Below are positions 28,835 through 36,196 of a stretch of DNA of 64,000 nucleotides, one piece after another (the stretch's first letter is position 1; each line of letters starts with the position of its first letter). The translations under genes and the position numbers were made by a program. The notes under the pieces were generated by a model that made no database searches, had not been told where the DNA came from, and was given only the letters and a program-made list of their open reading frames with translations. The stretch comes from Methanobacteriota archaeon (GTDB lineage Archaea > Thermoplasmatota > Thermoplasmata > SG8-5 > JAGLSY01). The stretch is from the NCBI GenBank assembly GCA_020696385.1, contig JAEHCQ010000005.1:122658-186657 (forward strand). The letters run 5' to 3'.

Positions 28835-29329
28835 TTGAACAATATGCTTCCCGAATGGCTGATCCTGGATCTTACGCAAAATCAACTGTATGGCCTTGTC
28901 TTTCTTATAGGCTCTTTCACAGTGGCCACCCTGAGCGATCTGAAGTACATGAAAGCACAATCGGAATTCGTCGAGATCTGGGTGCTGGCCTTCATTGTTT
29001 TTCTGGTTATCGACATCTGGAAATGGGATTCGCTGGATCAGACCCAGACCATGATAAAATGGGCTATTATTTTCATATTCATGCTCCTTTCCCATCATTC
29101 GATCGGGGTCATATTCAAACTGGCTAGGGGAGATGTATTCGCATGTGCGGCGGTCATGGCACTCATGTCACCAGCTTTGATAGTCGTCTTCATCATAATT
29201 CTAAAAGTATCCGACCTATTGTTCAGGCCCATTCTGAGAAAGTTCGGGAGCGGCAATGCCTACCCCTTCATGCCCATTGTCATGTGTGGGACATTGGCGA
29301 TAATGGGAATTGGACTGTATCTGGCGTAG
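28835..29329 (+). CDS. Minimal A24-family (prepilin/class III signal peptidase-like) membrane protein
   Basis: About 6 TM helices; first Asp motif LSDLK, second motif LARGD (GxGD-like), C-terminal YPFMP. Confidence 0.6.
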   Translation: MNNMLPEWLILDLTQNQLYGLVFLIGSFTVATLSDLKYMKAQSEFVEIWVLAFIVFLVIDIWKWDSLDQTQTMIKWAIIFIFMLLSHHSIGVIFKLARGDVFACAAVMALMSPALIVVFIIILKVSDLLFRPILRKFGSGNAYPFMPIVMCGTLAIMGIGLYLA

Positions 29330-29416
29330 ACAGATACTGGCTAACACTAATTCTAATACAAATCGAGCAATTTGTTGATAGGAGTGAGAGTTATCGCATT
29401 ATCTATCAGAGAGCAT

Positions 29417-31291
29417 TCAGAGAGCATTCCCACAGCTTGGGCAGGCTTTCCAGCCAGGCTGTGTCTCGGACCCACAATGTGGACAAGATGGTTTGCTGGA
29501 CAGGGAACCTCCGCAAGCCGGGCAAGCTTTCCAGCCCGGCTGGGTGTCAGCCATACAGCTTGGGCACTTATTGCCGCTCTGTTGCTGCTGAGCCGGCTGC
29601 ACGCCTTGCTTGGATTGATCCACTGTGATGACATTAACTGGCTGCTGGCCAACTCCATATCCTCCGCCCCCCACATATTGTGGTACATTCTGTTTGGATG
29701 ATTCCATCATCTTCGCAGCCTGGCCAGTCATATCCACCTGATGATTTCTCTCGCGGTCCTCCGCGTCGCGGTAGGTGCTGATATTGTGCTTCTGACCCTC
29801 CGAGCGCATGAATTCCTCGGATGCCTCGCCTCCAACTGTTCCCAGCTGTCGCTTGGTAGCTTCCTGCTGTAGGGACTGCATCTGGATGGTCTTCTGATCG
29901 TACATTTTCTGAAGTATCTCCAATTTTTCAGTTGGAGCATCGATGATCTTCATCTCCAGTTCGTGGATATCCGTTTGTAGCTGAGATATCTGGGCGTCAG
30001 CTGTCGTGACACCCATCTGCTGGGTATCCACATCCATCTTCTTCATGTCCTCGACATGATCCTGCTCCTGAGCCTCCCTCATTCGCTTCGCTTCTTGAAC
30101 CTGAGCAAATGCGTCCATGGCTATCTGAGCCTCGCCTTTTTCCTTGTCGATATCAGCCTGATTCTGCGCCCTCTGGATATCCACATCGGTCATTCCAGCA
30201 TCGCGTTGCTGGCGTATGTTCTCATCATGAGCCATACCGGACATGTCACGATCATGCGTCTGGGCCATACTGTCCCTCTCCAGGGATGATGTCAATTGCA
30301 TGGATGCCAGGCGATCGGCTCCCGCTTGCCCTCCGAAGGCAAGCGCCCATTCCTTCTCATTACTTGTCTTGTCAACTTCATAATCGCGATTCAGGATATT
30401 GATGCTGGCCTTCATGTCAAAGTCCTTGTCGAACTCCGCTTGTTCGAAGATCTGCGTCTGTTTCTTCTTGTGGGCTGCGAGTGCGTCACTGGCTGTCCTG
30501 TCAAAGACCATGTATAACTTGAGTAAGTTCAATCCCCACATTTCCATGGTCTTTCTTAGCTCGACCTCGGCCGTGGTCTCGATCTGCTTGATGAGATCCA
30601 GGTTCCCCTTGATATCACTGGCTTCAACCGCTGACAATTGTGGTGTGAGAACGCCTACCAGTGCCTCATCGTTTATCAATTCCTCAAGATCGGATTTGAA
30701 AAGGAACTTGCCAACTGCCATATCTGTCCTGTTCTGGAATGTGAGCTTCTTGAGTATGCCGCCAGTGAAGATATTCCTGTTCCTACCCCACCATGTGCTG
30801 TGCTTCTCATTCTGTGTTGGCTGGTATGGTTCGGCAGACCTCATCAGATTTATGATCCTGGTGACATTGTTCTGGTTTATCTGGACACGCATGGTGCAGG
30901 TTCCCTTGACCTCTTCATTATCGCGTGAAAGTATACCTTGAACTTCCCATTCTGGCTGACCGTTCTGATCGACCTCGGGTTTTCCAGAAGGATCGAGCTT
31001 CCACATGCTCTTTCCGATCTGAAGGTTCATATCCATTGGAACCGTTGAAACAAATAGAAGTTGAACGGATTCTCCTCCGCCCATCTTGGACCTGAACCAG
31101 TCGATGACCCCTTGCCTTGATACTTCCAGCTTGGTCTGTGTGAGAACATCCTCGATCTTGCCGTTCCTGATGTACATCACGGCTTCTCCAGGACCTACTA
31201 TTGCTTCCTTTAAGAAATTCGGTATCTGGTCTCTGTCCACTAATTGAGCGATTACTTCTTCGCCATCTATGTTATTCCACATTTGTATCAT
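29417..31291 (-). CDS. SPFH (band 7/YdjI-like) domain + long coiled coil + two CxxC...CxxC zinc ribbons
   Basis: IVGPGEAVMYIRNGKI, MWGLNL; A/E/Q-rich coil; duplicated C-terminal CPxC..TQPGWKACPxCG; TAATG overlap with upstream gene. Confidence 0.75.
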   Translation of the reverse strand: MIQMWNNIDGEEVIAQLVDRDQIPNFLKEAIVGPGEAVMYIRNGKIEDVLTQTKLEVSRQGVIDWFRSKMGGGESVQLLFVSTVPMDMNLQIGKSMWKLDPSGKPEVDQNGQPEWEVQGILSRDNEEVKGTCTMRVQINQNNVTRIINLMRSAEPYQPTQNEKHSTWWGRNRNIFTGGILKKLTFQNRTDMAVGKFLFKSDLEELINDEALVGVLTPQLSAVEASDIKGNLDLIKQIETTAEVELRKTMEMWGLNLLKLYMVFDRTASDALAAHKKKQTQIFEQAEFDKDFDMKASINILNRDYEVDKTSNEKEWALAFGGQAGADRLASMQLTSSLERDSMAQTHDRDMSGMAHDENIRQQRDAGMTDVDIQRAQNQADIDKEKGEAQIAMDAFAQVQEAKRMREAQEQDHVEDMKKMDVDTQQMGVTTADAQISQLQTDIHELEMKIIDAPTEKLEILQKMYDQKTIQMQSLQQEATKRQLGTVGGEASEEFMRSEGQKHNISTYRDAEDRERNHQVDMTGQAAKMMESSKQNVPQYVGGGGYGVGQQPVNVITVDQSKQGVQPAQQQQSGNKCPSCMADTQPGWKACPACGGSLSSKPSCPHCGSETQPGWKACPSCGNAL

Positions 31292-31809
31292 TATTTCCAC
31301 CCCCTCAAGAAATCTTCCCTATCCTTGTAAGAATTCCTTGAACCGGTAATATACTGGCGAAGGCTTCTGAGTTCCTTCACGGCATCAATTTCATCGCCAT
31401 TCATTATCATTCCCTCGATAACTCCCGTGGCTTCGGTGACATTGACGATATTTTCCAAAATGTTGAGATCGAACTCCACCAGGGTCTTGAGATCACCTTC
31501 ACCTGGCGATCTTGATTTGTTAGTTGAAAAGAAACTGTACTGATGGCCAACCACGGACATTGTGATATCATTGGAGAAGATATCCAGCTCGTCCTTGACC
31601 TTTTTAAGTGAGTTTATGGAGTCCGTATCCTTCTTGTCATAGAGTATGTCCAGGATATTCCGCGTATTCTTCACGGACTTGTCGATCTCGGCCATCAACT
31701 TCTTTCTGACCAGATTGTCATCCTCTTTTACCTTATCCTTTCTGTATCCCGTGTACCCGGACACCATTTTGCAAACAGAAGTTATCGCAGTGATCAGAAC
31801 CATATTCAT
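31291..31809 (-). CDS. Conserved helical hypothetical protein, translationally coupled to the SPFH gene
   Basis: GYTGY...DDNLVR, YSFF, LVEFD; GGGGAG RBS. Confidence 0.7.
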   Translation of the reverse strand: MNMVLITAITSVCKMVSGYTGYRKDKVKEDDNLVRKKLMAEIDKSVKNTRNILDILYDKKDTDSINSLKKVKDELDIFSNDITMSVVGHQYSFFSTNKSRSPGEGDLKTLVEFDLNILENIVNVTEATGVIEGMIMNGDEIDAVKELRSLRQYITGSRNSYKDREDFLRGWK

Positions 31810-31866
31810 ACTCCCCTGTGTTCTTATGTATTGAAAGGTTATTTAAGTTAATAAGGGTTTCGGGAT
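31810..31866. promoter_or_regulatory. Probable bidirectional BRE/TATA promoter
   Basis: 57-bp divergent gap containing GAAAGG-TTATTTAA, read as TTAAATAA on the other strand. Confidence 0.5.
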
Positions 31867-33756
31867 ATGGAGGTTGAATACTTGATCCATAAAGGGTTCG
31901 GAAGGACAAGAGCCATTGTCATATTATGCATGACCTTTCTTTTATTCAGTGGTCTCTCTCCACTTATGATACATAATGCCAGTGCCAATACAGTCTCTGG
32001 TTACATATACCCGGATGAATACGTGATCTATTACATCGATGTCGATTCCTATACATATATCGACATCTCGGTAAGCTGGTATGACAGCTCCAATGATATC
32101 GATCTCTACCTCTACGACGAGTCTTCCACATTGGTTGACGATAGTGAACTTACAAGTACAAACACCGAGTCCATATACTACTATCCATCAAGCACTGGCT
32201 CTTACGCCCTTTACATATATGGATACAGTATCTCCGGCAGTGAATATTATACCCTTTACTGTAACTTCTATGCCTCCCTGAGCACGGTGGACGATACACC
32301 AACGACCACGGATGACAGCTACGAGCCAGATGATTCATATTCGTCCGCATCGTACATATCAGATGGCAGTGTCCAATCACATAGTATTCTGGATGGTGGG
32401 CTGGATGTCGATTGGGTGACCTTCACCATATACGAGACCAGTGATGTGGTCATTGAAACATCAGGTTCAAGCGGCGATACCCAGATATATCTGTACGATG
32501 ACTCGGGAGTGCCATCCGTCTACTCCGATGTGAATGATGATGGAGGAACTGGCTCCTTTTCAAGAATCAGCAAGAATTTCCTGGCCTCGGGCACTTATTA
32601 TGTTAAGATAATAGAATATGGCCAGGATCAGGAAATATCATCATATAGTGTTGAATTTTCAGCCGAGCCCAGCCTCGATCTCGGTATTGGCGACATCGAG
32701 AACCTGGTCTATCTGGACTATATCTGCTTTTTCATATTCTTTATAATTTTCATAGTGATAGTTGCGGGAATAAGATCATCCCGCAAGAAGAAAAAGAAAA
32801 AGAAGCAAAGGAATCTGGAGCAACAGATCCAGTCCCAGCATTATCAATCTCAACAACAATACCAGCAGCAACAGTCTAGACAAGCTCAGCAATATGCTCC
32901 ACAGCAGGCTCCGCGTGTTCAGCAGCAACAAGTCAAACAGACTCAGCAGACCCAGGGGGTTCAGCAGACCCAGCAGGTCCAGCAAACCCAGCAACCACAA
33001 TACCAGCAACAATACCGAACCCCAGTGCCAGCACCAGTAGTATCCACTCGGCAAGATACTGCTAAAGAAGATCGTTCAAGGCAAGAGGCGGAGCAGAGGC
33101 AGAGGGACGAGAGAGAAAGGAAGGAGAGGTTCGAAGCTGACAAACGAGTGAGGGAAGAGAATGAGAGAAAAGCCAGGGAGGAAAAAGGACGCCTGGCTCG
33201 GATCGAGGAAGAGAAACAGAGATCAAGAAGCTATGACACACCTCAGGCCGAGATGGACAGGCGAGCTACACAATACGAATCCATGGCCAGTATGCAGGAG
33301 AAGGAAAGCGAGAACATCCACGCGATGCTGCATACCAGTGAGGAATATGGAAGGCCATTACCTCCACCGCCACCACTTGATATGCCTCCGGCAGATGATC
33401 TCCATTCCCAGCCGAGCGAGAAGATGACCAAAGCTCTGGAAGATTCATGCAAGCTCATCATGCCAACATATCTTGAGCCGGATACCACATCCGAGATAAT
33501 CATAGACATTGAGAATGATTCTGGAATGAACCTGGGCAATGTCACTGTCGACCTCTCTGATCTGCAGAAATATTTCGAAATTCAGGATAAGATAGAATTC
33601 CCGGGTATTCGAAATGGCATGACCCTGAGAGAAGATGTCAAATTCAAACCCAAATACGATGAGGGATCCTTCCCCGTGGTGGTGTCCATAGTTTCAGAAG
33701 GTTCCACTGTGAAATTAAATTACACGATCAAGGTCGGAGGCACGGAGATATATTAG
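31867..33756 (+). CDS. Membrane protein: signal peptide, 2 extracellular PPC-like domains, TM, Gln-rich/coiled/poly-Pro linker, C-terminal beta-rich domain ending TIKVGGTEIY
   Basis: DIDLYLYD, DDSYEPDD, GDTQIYLYD (PPC-like); TM + RKKKKKKK; RPLPPPPPL. Confidence 0.8.
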   Translation: MEVEYLIHKGFGRTRAIVILCMTFLLFSGLSPLMIHNASANTVSGYIYPDEYVIYYIDVDSYTYIDISVSWYDSSNDIDLYLYDESSTLVDDSELTSTNTESIYYYPSSTGSYALYIYGYSISGSEYYTLYCNFYASLSTVDDTPTTTDDSYEPDDSYSSASYISDGSVQSHSILDGGLDVDWVTFTIYETSDVVIETSGSSGDTQIYLYDDSGVPSVYSDVNDDGGTGSFSRISKNFLASGTYYVKIIEYGQDQEISSYSVEFSAEPSLDLGIGDIENLVYLDYICFFIFFIIFIVIVAGIRSSRKKKKKKKQRNLEQQIQSQHYQSQQQYQQQQSRQAQQYAPQQAPRVQQQQVKQTQQTQGVQQTQQVQQTQQPQYQQQYRTPVPAPVVSTRQDTAKEDRSRQEAEQRQRDERERKERFEADKRVREENERKAREEKGRLARIEEEKQRSRSYDTPQAEMDRRATQYESMASMQEKESENIHAMLHTSEEYGRPLPPPPPLDMPPADDLHSQPSEKMTKALEDSCKLIMPTYLEPDTTSEIIIDIENDSGMNLGNVTVDLSDLQKYFEIQDKIEFPGIRNGMTLREDVKFKPKYDEGSFPVVVSIVSEGSTVKLNYTIKVGGTEIY

Positions 33757-33784
33757 GCTGGATGGCCTTTGAGATGGTGATACA

Positions 33785-34603
33785 ATGAAAGTCGCGTTTA
33801 GATCAGATGTCGGAAAACTAATGCAGATCAATGAGGATATTGCAGGATGGGTGACCTTGAGGACATCCGGGATGTCAGAGATGTTGAATACCCCTGGTAC
33901 CTCTGAAATGTCTGTGATATCAAAAATATCACAGCAACCAGGCATTGATCGAATTGATATTCTTTTCGTATCGGATGGAATGGGCGGCCATAAGAAAGGA
34001 GATGTGGCAAGCAGGATAGCCACCCAATACCTGACATACCTCGTCCAGAACGCCATATCCCGATCAGAGGGCGACATAGTTCAGGAGCTGGTCGTGAAAC
34101 TGCCTGGCTACATGAAGAACATAAACACTCATTTGAGATCCCAGGCAAGCGGCAATCCAGACCTAAGTGGAATGGGATGCACGCTCACTGCCGCCATAAT
34201 GATCGGAAACAGCATGGTGATAGTCCATGCTGGTGATAGCCGGCTTTACCACATAGCTGACGGGCGATTGCGCCAGGTGACAAAGGACCATTCTTTTGTT
34301 CAAGAGCTTCTTGATAAAGGTGAGATACAGCCAGATGAGGCTTTTGACCATCCAAAAAAGAATAAAATTCATACCGCCCTCGGCCCCAAGGATGACATAA
34401 ATGCTGATGCCTTTGTCGAGGTCTGGGAAAGTGGTACATTACTCTTCTGTACTGATGGCCTGAATGACATGCTGAGAGATCACGAGATACTGGATATCGT
34501 GAATGCCAATCCAGATCCCGAAGATATGTGCGAGAAATTGGTCGAGGCGGCTCTTGAAAAGGGCGGGCATGATAATGTCAGTGTGTTGGTTGCCAGTAAA
34601 TGA
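33785..34603 (+). CDS. PP2C/PPM-family Ser/Thr protein phosphatase
   Basis: NED, SDGMGGH, GMGCTL, HAGDSRLY, TKDHS, CTDGL, GGHDNVS. Confidence 0.95.
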   Translation: MKVAFRSDVGKLMQINEDIAGWVTLRTSGMSEMLNTPGTSEMSVISKISQQPGIDRIDILFVSDGMGGHKKGDVASRIATQYLTYLVQNAISRSEGDIVQELVVKLPGYMKNINTHLRSQASGNPDLSGMGCTLTAAIMIGNSMVIVHAGDSRLYHIADGRLRQVTKDHSFVQELLDKGEIQPDEAFDHPKKNKIHTALGPKDDINADAFVEVWESGTLLFCTDGLNDMLRDHEILDIVNANPDPEDMCEKLVEAALEKGGHDNVSVLVASK

Positions 34604-34635
34604 TCGGATCTGAAATTTGAGGAGATGGTAAAATT

Positions 34636-35283
34636 ATAACAGACTGGATATTCGACAATGTTTTCCTTTTCATATTCTTATTCTTCTTTTTATTCTTCGC
34701 CATGGCCTATGTCATGTACTACATATTCGTGAAGAAGAACCCCGCGCTTGAACACCTGGGTGTCGGCAAACAGATGGACAATATCCTCAAGCCCACACAG
34801 CAACAACAGCAACATCAACAGCAGCATCCGAATTATCAGACACAACCACAACATCAAGCATACCCTGGCTCTGCACCACCTGTGAGCCAGGGGCAGCGCG
34901 TGCAACCGCAACAACAGCGACCAGCTCCCTCACCCCCTGGAGAGGGGATGTCCAGTATCAACCTGAAAGATCATTATTCGATCCAATTACCGCATTTTAT
35001 CAATTCTGGCATGACTGAATCGGTCATAGTCACCCTGTATAACAATACCAGCACGGAAATAGATGACATAAGTATCGATCTTTCAGACATGACGGATTAC
35101 TTCGATATCGAGGGAGAGGTGAAAGACTATCGATTGAAACCAGGAGCCGAGATCGTCAAGACCCTGAGGATTAGGCCAAAATTTGAAGAAGGTGTGTTCC
35201 CATTCAAGATAAAAATAAGTACTGGTTCGATCTATGTAGAAGACGAGCACTCGATCAAGGTCGGGGGCACGGAGATCTATTGA
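34636..35283 (+). CDS. Membrane-anchored Gln/Pro-rich protein with C-terminal domain ending SIKVGGTEIY
   Basis: The frame is open upstream of ATG 34702 and encodes the rest of the TM helix (VFLFIFLFFFLFFA). Probable non-canonical start at ATA 34636. Confidence 0.75.
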   Translation: MTDWIFDNVFLFIFLFFFLFFAMAYVMYYIFVKKNPALEHLGVGKQMDNILKPTQQQQQHQQQHPNYQTQPQHQAYPGSAPPVSQGQRVQPQQQRPAPSPPGEGMSSINLKDHYSIQLPHFINSGMTESVIVTLYNNTSTEIDDISIDLSDMTDYFDIEGEVKDYRLKPGAEIVKTLRIRPKFEEGVFPFKIKISTGSIYVEDEHSIKVGGTEIY

Positions 35284-35292
35284 GGTAGGAAA

Positions 35293-36153
35293 ATGAGCAA
35301 TCAAAAAGAATTCACAGGAAGTTGGATACTATTGGTCCTATTGTTCATCATATTCTTTCCACTTGGGATTATCTATTTCTTTGTCATGTTGAAAGATAGA
35401 GGTTCAGCCTATGCTCCTCCATATTATCAGACAGTCCAGACCAATCAGACAAGAAATGCATATGCACCACCTCAATATCAGCCGAGTACCCAGCAACCAC
35501 CAGCACAGTATTCTGGACAGAGCACCCAGAGACCATCCGGTCAAAATACCAATCAGACAAGAAGTGCACAACAGGGTCAGTATTCACAGCCCTCACAATC
35601 ATCACAGCCAGCCCAGAATGTGCCTCAGTACGAACAGCCAGCTCAATACAGCCAGCCACAGTACAAAGCTCCACAATACAATTCACCTCAGCAAACGAAT
35701 CAAATGCAAAAACCACCAGCCTACACAACATCGCAGACAACAAGCCAGAGCCCACCAAATGTGGCTAGAGCTCCTGCGGCCCAGCAGGCTCCAATAGCAG
35801 TAAGGCCTCAGAAAATCATGTCCGAGGGCGATATCAGCTCCCTTTACAGTCTCCAGGTTCCCAGCTTCATGGATCCTGACATGACGGAAGAGATCATGAT
35901 CAGGCTGAACAATGACTCTGGCGATGATATCGAGAACATGCACATAGATTTCTCGGATCTCAGAAGCTTTTTCGACATAGATGAGGATGTCAATATCCCC
36001 TACTTTGGAGATGGTGTCGTACTGGAGAGAAGGGTGAATATCAAGTCGAAGGAAAGCTCTGGCAGCTTTCCCGTTAGAGTGAAAATATCCGCGAATGGAA
36101 AGACAGTCACGGAGAGGTTCACTATCAAAGTTGGTGGAACCGAGATATATTAA
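35293..36153 (+). CDS. Membrane-anchored Gln/Pro/Tyr-rich protein with C-terminal domain ending TIKVGGTEIY
   Basis: N-terminal WILLVLLFIIFFPLGIIYFFV, ~140-aa low-complexity linker, paralogous C-terminal domain; GAGGTA RBS. Confidence 0.8.
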   Translation: MSNQKEFTGSWILLVLLFIIFFPLGIIYFFVMLKDRGSAYAPPYYQTVQTNQTRNAYAPPQYQPSTQQPPAQYSGQSTQRPSGQNTNQTRSAQQGQYSQPSQSSQPAQNVPQYEQPAQYSQPQYKAPQYNSPQQTNQMQKPPAYTTSQTTSQSPPNVARAPAAQQAPIAVRPQKIMSEGDISSLYSLQVPSFMDPDMTEEIMIRLNNDSGDDIENMHIDFSDLRSFFDIDEDVNIPYFGDGVVLERRVNIKSKESSGSFPVRVKISANGKTVTERFTIKVGGTEIY

Positions 36154-36196
36154 GTAAGCAATTCCCGATTTTGTCAAGACTAATTAATAGATTACG

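Noticed and set aside
32815-33015. CAG/CAA-rich repeats as a separate repeat element or DGR variable region
   Set aside because: In-frame poly-Gln linker; no reverse transcriptase or template repeat is present, and differences among the three IKVGGTEIY tails are synonymous rather than adenine-specific.
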